From: a virus
Virus record (IMG/VR): IMGVR_UViG_3300005614_000017
Span: 1 to 45,841 of that record
Reading direction: 5' to 3' (one strand)
Length of the DNA stretch: 45,841 nucleotides
This document shows, piece by piece, positions 27,651 through 36,756 of the stretch. Positions within the stretch are counted from its first letter, which is position 1, and every line of letters starts with the position of its first letter. Under the pieces are notes generated by a model. That model was given only the letters and a program-made list of their open reading frames with translations, did not search any database and had not been told where the DNA came from. The position numbers were made by a program, and so were the translations under genes.

Positions 27651-28886
27651 TCACCATCCCTGCTCTTCGGTGCCGGTTTCGAACGCGGCGAACACATGAG
27701 AATTTCCTTTGCGCTGTGCGGCTGGCCTCGGATCGTCCATCGGCGCCACGGACAGGCCAAAGCTCTCAGGCTTGTAGCCATATTCCAGCGCAAGCTCTTT
27801 TCCGCGCGTTGACAGCTTCTCAATCTGCGCAGGCGATTTAATTTTCGCCGGGTTGTAGGCTTTATCTTTGAAAGCCTCGACCAACACTGCGTCGGCGCCT
27901 GGACGCCACACGCGATTGACTTTTTTCTCGACAAGCTTGGCGTGCTTGAATTCCTCCGGCTTGGCGCTTGTCGTCAGGCGAGCATGCACGACGTTATCAA
28001 GCGCGTTCATGAATCGGCGCGCAGAGGCGCGCTTGGCGTAATAAGCGTCAAGTTCTGCGTTGGTGAGCATCATAATAAAATCCTCTTCGCCTTCCACGAA
28101 ATCCTCGAATGCGGTTTGCATCTTAGGACAGTCCAGAAGGACCGGGCAAAACTGGCACCAATCGCCATCGTGGAAATCCGCATCAGTGACGGAATTGACG
28201 TCACGATTGTAAAGCTCCCACATGCGCGGCAGCAGCGTTCCGTTGCCCCACTTGCGGATATTGCCGAATGTCTGCTCCCAAACTTCCGGCGCCTCGAAAA
28301 TGCCAAAGAAATTCGGCTGCACGATCGCCAGCGTCATCACGGCATCGTCGGGCGCTTCCATAAGCTCCGTGACGTGCATGATCAGCAGGAAGGAATAATA
28401 CAGGAGCTGCTCGTTATCGAGGACGTAGACGCCAACGCCTTCGCCATTCTTGTAGTCGACCAACCACGCTTTCGCGGTGAAATTGTCGAACACCCAATGG
28501 CCGAAATCGACAGTGCCTTTCAGCAACGGGTGCAGATGCGGCAGATGGATAGTCTGCTCGATCATCGTCCGGCCGTCAGGATTTTGATCCATGATGCGTT
28601 GGCAATGCGTCACATAGACGCTGACAGGATCTAGCTCGATCCCGTCCGGCCAGCCTGCAATCAGTCCCTCGAATTCTACGCCGATATACTCATAGGGTTC
28701 GCGACCGCTTGAAAGGCATGTCGATCCCAGCAGATGGGCGGCGTTACCGCGCTGCGCATATTCGGTCGTGATGTTTTCGAATGTGCCGGCTTCGATTTCC
28801 TTGCGATGCAGAAGGAAAGAGCCGTCACAATTCAGAAAGCGCTTAGCGCCCGATCCGCCTAGCGGCGAATGTTCTAGCTGATCCAT
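27651..28886 (-). CDS. PD-(D/E)XK / Cas4-like nuclease, DUF2800-type
   Basis: 411 aa. The N-terminus (HSPLGGSGAKRFLNCDGSF) and the C-terminal Cys cluster (DWCQFCPVLLDCP) fit the DUF2800 pattern from memory. GGGAGG RBS. Confidence 0.65.
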   Translation of the reverse strand: MDQLEHSPLGGSGAKRFLNCDGSFLLHRKEIEAGTFENITTEYAQRGNAAHLLGSTCLSSGREPYEYIGVEFEGLIAGWPDGIELDPVSVYVTHCQRIMDQNPDGRTMIEQTIHLPHLHPLLKGTVDFGHWVFDNFTAKAWLVDYKNGEGVGVYVLDNEQLLYYSFLLIMHVTELMEAPDDAVMTLAIVQPNFFGIFEAPEVWEQTFGNIRKWGNGTLLPRMWELYNRDVNSVTDADFHDGDWCQFCPVLLDCPKMQTAFEDFVEGEEDFIMMLTNAELDAYYAKRASARRFMNALDNVVHARLTTSAKPEEFKHAKLVEKKVNRVWRPGADAVLVEAFKDKAYNPAKIKSPAQIEKLSTRGKELALEYGYKPESFGLSVAPMDDPRPAAQRKGNSHVFAAFETGTEEQGW

Positions 28887-28902
28887 GCCAGCCTCCCAAG
28901 GA

Positions 28903-28956
28903 ACATAAAAGTTGACGTAAAGGTTGCCGGGATAACGCTCCCGGCCGGCGTGTCGA
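28903..28956 (-). promoter_or_regulatory. Candidate promoter (TCGACA-N16-TATCCC) plus conserved TTACGTCAACTTTTATGT box, copy B
   Basis: The box at 28903-28920 is identical over 18 nt to copy A. -10-like at 28929-28934 and -35-like at 28951-28956. Confidence 0.4.
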
Positions 28957-29003
28957 TAATCTCACTAATCGACAAATAGTGGTTCCGGCCACGGCCCGAA
29001 CGA

Positions 29004-29678
29004 TCACCCCTCGAAAGTGATCCCGGCCTTCTTTTCGAGGGCCTGAGCGAACGCCTCGCGGTTGGCCTCGGGGATATTGCGCGAGTGCGGCACTTCGCCC
29101 GCCGGGACGAATTGCGCGATCACTTCCTTGACCGGAGCCGGATCGCCGAGCTTCTGCGCTGCCTGATTGGTCAGCTTCGACAGATCCTCGACGGTCCACT
29201 TGCGCGCCGGAGCGGCGGGCGACGGCGAATTGCCCGCAGCGCGAGCGAACGCGGCGAATTCGTCATCCTCGTCAGCCGCAAGGGCCTGTGCAGTGCTGCC
29301 ATCGCTCGAACCCGTCGCAGTCGCAGAAGTGCCAGTGGGCTTGATAGCGTCCTCGCCCTCGCCCGGACCACGCGACAGGCCCGCCTTCATACGCCACAGG
29401 CCGCTCTTGACGATCGAGCCCGTATGACGCGCCGGATCGAAAGGGGTGCCGGCGGCGTCATGCGTCACGCCGTCCGAATTGGAATGAACGGCGGCAGTCG
29501 ACGTCGAAGCCGGGGCAGACACGTTGTTGGTGCCGCTTGCGGGCGAACCGCTCACGTCGGTGACCGGCGCCTTGGTCGTCTGTGCGATGGCATTGCCCGA
29601 CGCACCGCCAAGCAGGGCGCAGACGGCGAGATAGCTCGCGACCGGCACCGGCATCATGATGAAATCTTCGCTCTTCAT
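29004..29678 (-). CDS. Predicted secreted A/S/T/G-rich protein
   Basis: The N-terminus MKSEDFIMMPVPVASYLAVCALLGGASGNAIA|QT looks like a Sec signal peptide with an AxA site. A low-complexity middle is followed by a ~70-aa C-terminal domain. Confidence 0.55.
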   Translation of the reverse strand: MKSEDFIMMPVPVASYLAVCALLGGASGNAIAQTTKAPVTDVSGSPASGTNNVSAPASTSTAAVHSNSDGVTHDAAGTPFDPARHTGSIVKSGLWRMKAGLSRGPGEGEDAIKPTGTSATATGSSDGSTAQALAADEDDEFAAFARAAGNSPSPAAPARKWTVEDLSKLTNQAAQKLGDPAPVKEVIAQFVPAGEVPHSRNIPEANREAFAQALEKKAGITFEG

Positions 29679-31312
29679 TTCCGTTTCTCCTTCTCATCCA
29701 GGACTTTGAAAATGGTGTTGAGCTTCCGCAGTGACTTGACGAATATCTTTTCGCTGATCGACCCAGGGGCCACGAAAATATCCGCCATGACACTGCCGCG
29801 CTGTCCGATGCGATCGAGCCGGGCGACACCTTGCTCATTCTTTGAAGGGACCCAATCGGGTTCCCCCAAACCACACCGGGACGCGACATGCTGCAGTCCA
29901 TCAATACCTTCGCCGCCTGCCTGCAAATTGGCGATGAACACTCGTGTATTATCGTCTTTCACGAATTTATCAACAGCCGCTTGACGTTGCACGGCATTTT
30001 TTCCGCCATGAAGCATGACCGTCCCGAAACGGGCCAAACCAGCCTCATACAAATTCAGGACATTGAGATGCCAGCCGAACAGGACATATTTCTCATCTGA
30101 GCCGTCCAAAAAGTCTGCGACGTAATCGACAATCTGTGGCGCCATGGCTTGCCCCATGAGCCGGCGAGCCTCAGCGATATGGCCCAGCGTGACGATATCT
30201 TTTTTCGTCTGCACTTCCTCGATCGTCAGCCCAAGCATGCCTTCCGCCTCGATCGCGCTGGCAATCGCGCCTGTCTCTGCGACGGTAACAATCTGGAAGC
30301 GAGGAAGGTCCATTTGGGTCATCACGTCGGCTTTGAGATGCCGTGCCATAATGTGCACGCGCAGGCGGTTTTGCAGCTCTGATTCGAGCGACGTGCTTTC
30401 CATCTTGAATTTCTTGCCCTCGATCGTTTCGCCCTCGCCCTGCTTGTTGTATTTTTCCTTGAATTGATCCTCCGTCGCATAGTCGATCGCTTCCCAATCG
30501 AAGTGGCGGAAGAGGACGTAGCATTCACTCGGACGGTTTAGCAGCGGCGTGCCGGTCAACGCGACGTGGCGTTTGCAGTATGTCGCGATGCACGGGATCT
30601 TGTCTTCGCCGTGCTGGAATTCCTTGCGGCTGTTGCCCAAGATGGCGCGCGTCACGATCGCGTCGGCGTTTTTCATCTTATGAGCTTCGTCGCAAATCAG
30701 GACATCCCATTCATATTTGGCGATGGCCTTGATGATCGCGGGATTTCGGGCTGCTTCATAGCTGATCACCTGATAGTGCGCTGTTGGGTGAATTCCGTCC
30801 TTCACCTTGAGCATGACGTTGGCGCGCACGTTCGGGATTGTCGACCATTCGCGGATGCGCTCACCCCATTGCAGTCGCACCGACGCCGGCACGATGACCA
30901 GCACGCGGGTCGCTTCGAAATGGTTGCAGAAGGCAATCGATGTTGGAGTTTTTCCAAGGCCCGGCTGATCGGCATCAATGCCGCCGTCGTTCGCAATCAG
31001 ATAATCCAGCGTGCCGCGCTGATAGGCCCACAATTCTTTTCCAGGCGGCAGGCGCTTTGTGCCAACGCCGTCAAGTGCACGGCTGGCCTCGATCCGTCGA
31101 CGAAAGCCAGCGAGTAGCGGCTCCGATCCGTCGCCCAGGTCGCAAACGCCATAGGGATTGTTCGTAAACAATACGGCCCGTTCACGGTTACTCGCCGCCG
31201 TCGAATAGACAAGGCCACGGTACGCCATCGTCCGCAGGATTTCCTTTTTATCCTTGGGCGGCATTTCCAGAACGAAAAGCCCATCCTTGCCCTGGTAGAC
31301 TTTCGTGTTCAT
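29675..31312 (-). CDS. SNF2-family helicase
   Basis: Motifs DQPGLGKT, LICDEAHKMKN, LTGTPLLNRPSE, ANLQAGGEGIDGLQ and ARLDRIGQ. Confidence 0.88.
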   Translation of the reverse strand: MNTKVYQGKDGLFVLEMPPKDKKEILRTMAYRGLVYSTAASNRERAVLFTNNPYGVCDLGDGSEPLLAGFRRRIEASRALDGVGTKRLPPGKELWAYQRGTLDYLIANDGGIDADQPGLGKTPTSIAFCNHFEATRVLVIVPASVRLQWGERIREWSTIPNVRANVMLKVKDGIHPTAHYQVISYEAARNPAIIKAIAKYEWDVLICDEAHKMKNADAIVTRAILGNSRKEFQHGEDKIPCIATYCKRHVALTGTPLLNRPSECYVLFRHFDWEAIDYATEDQFKEKYNKQGEGETIEGKKFKMESTSLESELQNRLRVHIMARHLKADVMTQMDLPRFQIVTVAETGAIASAIEAEGMLGLTIEEVQTKKDIVTLGHIAEARRLMGQAMAPQIVDYVADFLDGSDEKYVLFGWHLNVLNLYEAGLARFGTVMLHGGKNAVQRQAAVDKFVKDDNTRVFIANLQAGGEGIDGLQHVASRCGLGEPDWVPSKNEQGVARLDRIGQRGSVMADIFVAPGSISEKIFVKSLRKLNTIFKVLDEKEKRK

Positions 31313-31488
31313 CGAAAATCCTTGATGAATTCGTCTAGTGGCTGAACCGACACTTCTAAGGAGCCGAATTCTTTTTCTGCTTCCGGATCGTAATGCGGAG
31401 ATGATTTAACCGGACAACGCTTATTGCATTGCGTCCAGGCATCGCCGCTAATCGCATCACATTTCGGGCATTTAAGGTAAACAGTCAC
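31309..31488 (-). CDS. Zinc-ribbon mini-protein (59 aa), absent from the ORF track
   Basis: Translated by hand: GTG start inside a CTGTGA overlap with the upstream stop, and an ATGA overlap with the SNF2 start. Sequence MTVYLKCPKCDAISGDAWTQCNKRCPVKSS...DEFIKDFR. Confidence 0.55.
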   Translation of the reverse strand: MTVYLKCPKCDAISGDAWTQCNKRCPVKSSPHYDPEAEKEFGSLEVSVQPLDEFIKDFR

Positions 31489-31841
31489 AGGTCGAATTCC
31501 TGCATAGGCTTTGCAGTCTCAGGTATCGCAACGCGCGGCAAATTTTCCGCAAGGCGCGCTGCTGCTTGGATCTGCAACGTCAAGCGCCCTAAAATCGCTT
31601 CACGGACCTCAGGTCCCCATTCGTCGAGCATGCCTTTGATGTCCGTCAGGCTCCATCCGCCAAACGACGCAGCAGCGATAATGCGCGCCATCGCCATTTG
31701 ATCGCTTGTGAATCGTCTGACATCGCCTGACGTCCTGGCAACCTCGCCAAACAAGCCTTTTTCTTCCCAAAGGCGGATGCCACGTTCCGACGTGCAGCCG
31801 GCAATCGCGATATCTTTGATCGAGTGATGGGCGTCAGCCAT
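31485..31841 (-). CDS. MerR-family transcriptional regulator ending ...QEFDL
   Basis: HSIKDIAIAGCTSERGIRLWEEKGLFGEVARTSGDVRRFTSDQMAMARII...GWSLTDIKGML fits the MerR winged-HTH pattern. Confidence 0.6.
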   Translation of the reverse strand: MADAHHSIKDIAIAGCTSERGIRLWEEKGLFGEVARTSGDVRRFTSDQMAMARIIAAASFGGWSLTDIKGMLDEWGPEVREAILGRLTLQIQAAARLAENLPRVAIPETAKPMQEFDL

Positions 31842-32692
31842 TATTTTTCCTTCCCGCTACGGGGCTGATCGAGGGCGGCGGTTTTTCTATCCCAATCACA
31901 CGGGATGTTGTTCGCCACGCACCAAGAGCAGGGTTTTTCACATTTTGAGTGCTTACGAGAAATCGCGGCGGTCAAAGCAGCGCGATAGGAACCCCATGCT
32001 TCGTCAACATGAGGCGCTCGGCGGCAATCATATGCTTCACCAGCGTTGAAGCCAGAATAAAACGCCTCCCGCAGCCCATCGGACGCAGGGGCGGCGAACC
32101 GCTTGCCAGCCTCAAACGCCGATGCGAGCGCACGGTCGAACGCGTTGTCTGCATCCGGATCAGCTTCGTATCGAGCCGCTATCTCGCCGAGAACCTTGAT
32201 GGGCTTCTCCCCACTTCCCGCCACGGCCGCAGCGGCGGCGACCCCGGAACCCTCCCCCGCATCGGAGAGGGCGGCGCGCACCCGCTTCTTGGCGGCCATC
32301 GCCTCACGGTGCATCCCAACGACATCGCCATGCAATGTGACGAGGTGCAAATCGCTTTCGGCTCGCTCCAACGCCGACCGCAGCCCATCGGACGCAGGGG
32401 TGTCGGACATCCGCGCGTCGCGGCGGTGCTTCGCGAAGGCTTGGACAATCTCGCGATGGTCCCAATCACCACGGCGCATAGCTGCGCGTATCGTCAGATT
32501 GCTAAATTCGGCATAGTGGTAGTTAGCCGCTGCCTCTCGATCCGCCTGCGCTATTTCCGGCTCGCCTTCGTCCTCCCCACTCCCCACCACGGATGCGGTG
32601 GCTTGTTCGGAGGCCCAGAGGATCACGTGCGGTTCCTCCACAGGCCCCTCCCCCTGCGTGACAACCTCGGGCGGGTTGGGATTAGTCGTCAT
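31841..32692 (-). CDS. Hypothetical protein with an internal PASDGLR duplication and a C-terminal Cys cluster
   Basis: 283 aa, with TAATG and ATGA couplings. It contains a 23-nt exact internal repeat. Confidence 0.6.
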   Translation of the reverse strand: MTTNPNPPEVVTQGEGPVEEPHVILWASEQATASVVGSGEDEGEPEIAQADREAAANYHYAEFSNLTIRAAMRRGDWDHREIVQAFAKHRRDARMSDTPASDGLRSALERAESDLHLVTLHGDVVGMHREAMAAKKRVRAALSDAGEGSGVAAAAAVAGSGEKPIKVLGEIAARYEADPDADNAFDRALASAFEAGKRFAAPASDGLREAFYSGFNAGEAYDCRRAPHVDEAWGSYRAALTAAISRKHSKCEKPCSWCVANNIPCDWDRKTAALDQPRSGKEK

Positions 32693-33144
32693 CGGAAAAA
32701 CTCCTCAAATTCACGCTGCGTCAGTGGCTGATTTTTCCAATGATGCAGCCGCTCGACAATGAAAAATTTCGCGTGACGTCCTGATCCGGGATGCAGGAAA
32801 GAAAACCCACCGCTGGCATTTTCGAGCATGGGCAGTCCGGCAAATTCCAGCTCATTGGCGAGGCGATTGGGAGATTTCTGCCCTCTCCATCGCGTCTCAA
32901 GCCCGAACAGCAAGGAAAGTGCCGGAATGATCGGCGCAAGCTCTTCTGCGTTATAGAACGGCCGGACGATCCAATACGGAAGCCATGCGCGTACGGCCTG
33001 CTTGTGGATATCGTCCGGCGCGCTCTTAGCCCATTCTTCCATGCCGTCGCGCCAGACTTGCACGACGCCAGGGCGGTTGCCGGTTTCCTTCATGCGTCGC
33101 ACGATATGCGCCGTGGGCGAATTCCAGAAACCGGCGCCGCTCAC
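32689..33144 (-). CDS. Hypothetical protein
   Basis: 151 aa with a GTG start in a GTGA overlap. Confidence 0.55.
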   Translation of the reverse strand: MSGAGFWNSPTAHIVRRMKETGNRPGVVQVWRDGMEEWAKSAPDDIHKQAVRAWLPYWIVRPFYNAEELAPIIPALSLLFGLETRWRGQKSPNRLANELEFAGLPMLENASGGFSFLHPGSGRHAKFFIVERLHHWKNQPLTQREFEEFFR

Positions 33145-33842
33145 TTCACGCGCTCCAAAAGCAAAATGACGGCATCCGTCAAAAGTTGACTTAGCGGGGT
33201 GTGATAATTTTGTTTGCTGATTTTCATCAACTCTTTGCGGAAACGTGCGGCATTTTCCTGAGCAACTTCGAGGTTCAATGCTTCTTTGAAAGCATCATAT
33301 CCCGTTCCATCTTTCGACTTCACGCCAGGGATATAATCCGCTTCGGCTACGTCAGCGTTCGTGCCGCGAAAAATTGCGTCGGTCTTGTCTCGCTGGTCTG
33401 CCACTCGCATATCTTCGTCGATATCAAGCCCATGCGCAAAACTGCCGTCCCAATCTGCGCGCTTCTGATTTTCTTCGCTGCGAACATCGGCCCATTGCTT
33501 TTCGAGCGACTTCCATTCGTCATATTGCGTCACATCGACGCCGAAAGAATGCAGCATGACATAGCGAGCCGCATTGTTGGCCTGCTCATGGCTTATGCCA
33601 ATGCTGTCCATGATCGGCATGGCAATATTGCAGTGCCAAGCCCATGCATAAGGCTTATCTGCTTGCATCTTTTCCATGAGCCCACGCATATTATGGACAG
33701 GCGTATCTTCCTTCAAGCCTTCCAACATCTTGTAGGTTTCCCAGGCTTCTTGCACGACACCGACAGACGGCCGGGCGTTGCACAGCCGCATAGCCGCCCT
33801 GAAACCGTCCGTGTAGGCATTCTTCTGAGCTTCGATATTCAT
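33141..33842 (-). CDS. Hypothetical protein
   Basis: ATG 33842 with GGGAGA RBS (MNIEAQKNAY...), 233 aa. Confidence 0.6.
   Translation of the reverse strand: MNIEAQKNAYTDGFRAAMRLCNARPSVGVVQEAWETYKMLEGLKEDTPVHNMRGLMEKMQADKPYAWAWHCNIAMPIMDSIGISHEQANNAARYVMLHSFGVDVTQYDEWKSLEKQWADVRSEENQKRADWDGSFAHGLDIDEDMRVADQRDKTDAIFRGTNADVAEADYIPGVKSKDGTGYDAFKEALNLEVAQENAARFRKELMKISKQNYHTPLSQLLTDAVILLLERVK
33178..33230 (-). promoter_or_regulatory. Candidate internal promoter (TTGATG-N18-TATCAC) plus TAAGTCAACTTTTGAC box, copy C
   Basis: The box at 33178-33193 lies 7 nt after the -10-like 33201-33206, inside the 3' end of the 33141-33842 gene. Confidence 0.35.
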
Positions 33843-33858
33843 TTCACGTCTCCCAAGG

Positions 33859-35742
33859 TTAAAGATCAAACTCAATCGTCGGAATTTTCCATTGCGTGTC
33901 TGTTGGCCTTAACCAATGCAAATCATGCGATTTAAGTTGCTTCTGTACTATGCTGCGATCGAGGCCATGGATGCGCATCAATTCCTGCACTAGCACCGCA
34001 TGAGACATTTCACCGCCATTCTGATTGAGGACTGCCGTGATTTCTTCGCGGCTGGCCCAATCGTAGCGGGATTTCTCAGGTCCTTTCTTTTCGGCCGGCG
34101 CCTTGTCGCTGTGCGCCAGGACGATGGACTGCCCGACTTCCTTGACCTTAAGATAGCGGCTATCGTCGCCTACGTCAGCATCTTTTTGCTTCCGCACCGT
34201 CAGGATTGTCCCGTCTTGAACCTTTTTGGTCGCGATGACGAAATCCATGTTGGCGAACAGGGCTGACGAACCACGCGCGCCCTTGCTTTCATCCTTGCCG
34301 CTGTGATGGATAACCAGCACAGTGCATTCATAATAGCGCGAAAGCTGTTCCATGAAATTGGTAATTTTCGTCATGTCATTGGCGGAATTTTCATCCAGGC
34401 CCGTATTCAGGCGTGTTGCCGTGTCGATCACAATCAGGGCGGGACGGGCTTTCAGCTCTGCCAAGTCAGCTTTGATGTTTTCCCATTCTTGAATATCATT
34501 GAATGACGGAACGAAATCGAGGATGAAAAATCTGTTGTCGCCGAGAAATTCAATTCCTTGCCATTCATTCCAGGCGGGCCAGCGTTTCTTTGCCGTGGCG
34601 TTCGGTCCCTCGCCTGCCAGGAATAGAACGTCATTCTTGACCGGCGGCGCACTCCATTGCCCGGATATGCCGTTGGCTAGGCATAATGCCCAGTCGAGTG
34701 CCACGAAACTCTTGTAGGAGCCTGAGGCGCCGTACAGCATGCCGATGCCATTTGCCGGTACATATCCAGGCAAGAGCCATTCAGGATCGCGGGCGTTTTC
34801 GGCATATTCGGAAAGGGATTTTACCTTACTGCGTCGATTTCTCTCAGCCGTTGGCGCCGTCAATTCTGGCGTCTCGACACCGACGAAATGGGCGAATGCA
34901 TCTGCGTTGCTCTGGAAACCTTTTACGCCGTCCTTATCCTCTGCATAATTTGCAGCGTTGCGGACGATCGTTTCTAATTCCCATTCGTCCCAAGCCGGTT
35001 GACAGTGCGGGTTCCAGATTTCCCACAGCATATCGAATGCCATGGCGGGAGAAATCGCCTTGTCAAGAATGCTGGCTGCAACTTGGAACGCGAGATTATT
35101 GCCGCCCTTGCCCTCGATCGAGACGCGGCCGGATTTGACATAGCCTTCCAGCAGATCCTTGGCCCAGGCGATATTTCGCGGCTGATCATGCTCGGGATTG
35201 CGGTCGAGGCCTAGTGTGTCCGTCTTTTTTCGCTCAGGAATAATTGCTGAGATACATGCGGGAAGCGTCTCAAGATTTCCGCCCGGAAGCTCGCTATAAG
35301 TGCCTGCGCTTGTTCTTGATCCGGGTAAGAGGATATAACCGCCAGAGACAATCTTTCCGTTGCGTCGAATTCCTCCGCGCGTATCAATGCCGTCAGCAAT
35401 TCGCGATGCGGTGCTAGGGCCTTCTCCGCGAAAGTAAATATGGAGACCGCCGCGAGGTGTCCTAACCTGAAATGCTCGCGCAACGGCTTCTCTAATGACC
35501 GGATCGCGTTCGAGGAGCTTGCCCCACCAGTCAAGGCCATTGGGATCAACATCAATGACGAAGAGCCCGCTAGGGCCCGTCGCAACGGCCCAATTGAAAT
35601 CCGGGTTGACACGTTGCCACCTTTCGATTTGCGCAGGATCATTGGTGGCCTCATGCCATCCGTGCTTAGTCGCCGGATCCTTGCCTCCAGGCACGACCGG
35701 GAAAACTTTAGCACCTTTGAGAATATCAGGGAGCGTTAGCAC
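33859..35742 (-). CDS. Bifunctional primase-polymerase (prim-pol) / RecA-like (AAA_25, RepA-type) helicase, ending ...IEFDL
   Basis: The N-terminus (VFPVVPGGKDPATKHGWHEAT...LFVIDVDPNG...TPRGGLHIYF) fits prim-pol. The C-terminus (GMLYGASGSYKSF...ALIVIDTATRL...VLVIHHSGKDESKGARGSSAL) fits the RecA-like domain. Confidence 0.85.
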   Translation of the reverse strand: MLTLPDILKGAKVFPVVPGGKDPATKHGWHEATNDPAQIERWQRVNPDFNWAVATGPSGLFVIDVDPNGLDWWGKLLERDPVIREAVARAFQVRTPRGGLHIYFRGEGPSTASRIADGIDTRGGIRRNGKIVSGGYILLPGSRTSAGTYSELPGGNLETLPACISAIIPERKKTDTLGLDRNPEHDQPRNIAWAKDLLEGYVKSGRVSIEGKGGNNLAFQVAASILDKAISPAMAFDMLWEIWNPHCQPAWDEWELETIVRNAANYAEDKDGVKGFQSNADAFAHFVGVETPELTAPTAERNRRSKVKSLSEYAENARDPEWLLPGYVPANGIGMLYGASGSYKSFVALDWALCLANGISGQWSAPPVKNDVLFLAGEGPNATAKKRWPAWNEWQGIEFLGDNRFFILDFVPSFNDIQEWENIKADLAELKARPALIVIDTATRLNTGLDENSANDMTKITNFMEQLSRYYECTVLVIHHSGKDESKGARGSSALFANMDFVIATKKVQDGTILTVRKQKDADVGDDSRYLKVKEVGQSIVLAHSDKAPAEKKGPEKSRYDWASREEITAVLNQNGGEMSHAVLVQELMRIHGLDRSIVQKQLKSHDLHWLRPTDTQWKIPTIEFDL

Positions 35743-35889
35743 TTGCGCTCAACCTGACATGCTGCTAGAGACATTCCCGCCACACTCCCGAACAACCCCC
35801 GCCGAACGCCTCGTTAGCCATCGCTAGCGGGGCGTTTTGCTTTGTGTGAATGAGCCGAAATCGCCACAATCCCGGCACCCAATTGCCTA

Positions 35890-35918
35890 GACCTATCGCA
35901 ACGCGAGGCGAAATGCAA
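35890..35918 (-). promoter_or_regulatory. Candidate promoter TTGCAT-N17-TAGGTC upstream of the primase gene
   Basis: -35 at 35913-35918, directly abutting the upstream TGA; -10 at 35890-35895. Confidence 0.3.
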
Positions 35919-36107
35919 TCAGCCCCGATCGCGGTTATTCAAGGGCCGTCCCGTTGCTGCACCGATGAAGCGTTCCCGGTCCATCCTGGGATTTTCCTCA
36001 CGCATCTCATCGGCGAAATGAACCGCTATGCGCTCCCGATCCTGCGAACTGACAGGCAGCTTGCGAATGATCGAAGCAATGCGGTTGAGTTGGGCAGCGT
36101 TGAACAC
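35919..36107 (-). CDS. Small hypothetical protein (62 aa)
   Basis: GTG 36107 with AAGGAG 5 nt upstream. Confidence 0.55.
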   Translation of the reverse strand: MFNAAQLNRIASIIRKLPVSSQDRERIAVHFADEMREENPRMDRERFIGAATGRPLNNRDRG

Positions 36108-36177
36108 AGTAGCTCCTTTCCAGCATTCCGGATCGAGAAGTCTACCAGACCAGCGCCCTTGTGTCTCGCCGGGATAC

Positions 36178-36309
36178 TTAATCTAAGGCACGATAATACC
36201 GCCAAGCCCCGCCGCGTGATTGCCTACGGAACAGGCTCGAATTCTCGAAGCCACCCAGCTCATACCATTCGCGCTTTGTGATGCGCTCTTTGCGAATTGT
36301 TTGTGCCAT
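36178..36309 (-). CDS. Possible mini-protein (43 aa), absent from the ORF track
   Basis: Hand translation: MAQTIRKERITKREWYELGGFENSSLFRRQSRGGAWRYYRALD, with TAATG coupling to the upstream stop. Confidence 0.35.
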   Translation of the reverse strand: MAQTIRKERITKREWYELGGFENSSLFRRQSRGGAWRYYRALD

Positions 36310-36584
36310 TACAAATCGTACTCCAAAAAGTTTGCGAGATAATGCGCTTGCATGAAAATCTTACAGCAAGCATCAAAAAAGGATATCCCGAGCATTTCCG
36401 CATAGATTTGAAAATCCCGGTGCTTTGCTGCTAGGTAATATTCTTTTCGTTCTGTGCGGCGCCATATCCATTTGGGCGGTTTGCGGTTTCTTTCGTCCGC
36501 TTCCTTAATCTCCTTTAAACTTTCTTTCAAAAGCTCTTTAGCGCCTCCGCGTGGCCTATAACCATTTGCATATTGCAGGGTCAT
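36309..36584 (-). CDS. Hypothetical protein ending ...LEYDL
   Basis: 91-aa ORF in the coupled early gene train. Confidence 0.55.
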   Translation of the reverse strand: MTLQYANGYRPRGGAKELLKESLKEIKEADERNRKPPKWIWRRTERKEYYLAAKHRDFQIYAEMLGISFFDACCKIFMQAHYLANFLEYDL

Positions 36585-36586
36585 TG

Positions 36587-36754
36587 TCAGGCCTCCGCAT
36601 TCAACGCATCGAGACGCTTTGCCAGATCCCGCAATTCGCGGCGTGCCAAAAGCTTGCCGGTGGACGTTCCCTGATCGAGCGTCAGGATAATCACTTCCAT
36701 GGCAAATTTCCAGTCAAGGCCCATGCCTTCGCGCGGTGCGATTTTATCGGACAT
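36587..36754 (-). CDS. Small hypothetical protein (55 aa)
   Basis: ATG 36754 lies 2 nt after the upstream stop (MSDKIAPREG...). Confidence 0.5.
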   Translation of the reverse strand: MSDKIAPREGMGLDWKFAMEVIILTLDQGTSTGKLLARRELRDLAKRLDALNAEA

Positions 36755-36756
36755 GA

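Noticed and set aside
27500-27653. Two adjacent proteins end in ...GW (EEQGW and DREGW), which looked like a second C-terminal motif.
   Set aside because: The nucleotide-level junction TGGTGAGATG (stop plus RBS-like plus start) explains it. The identical DNA is reused, unlike the FDL tails, whose codons vary.
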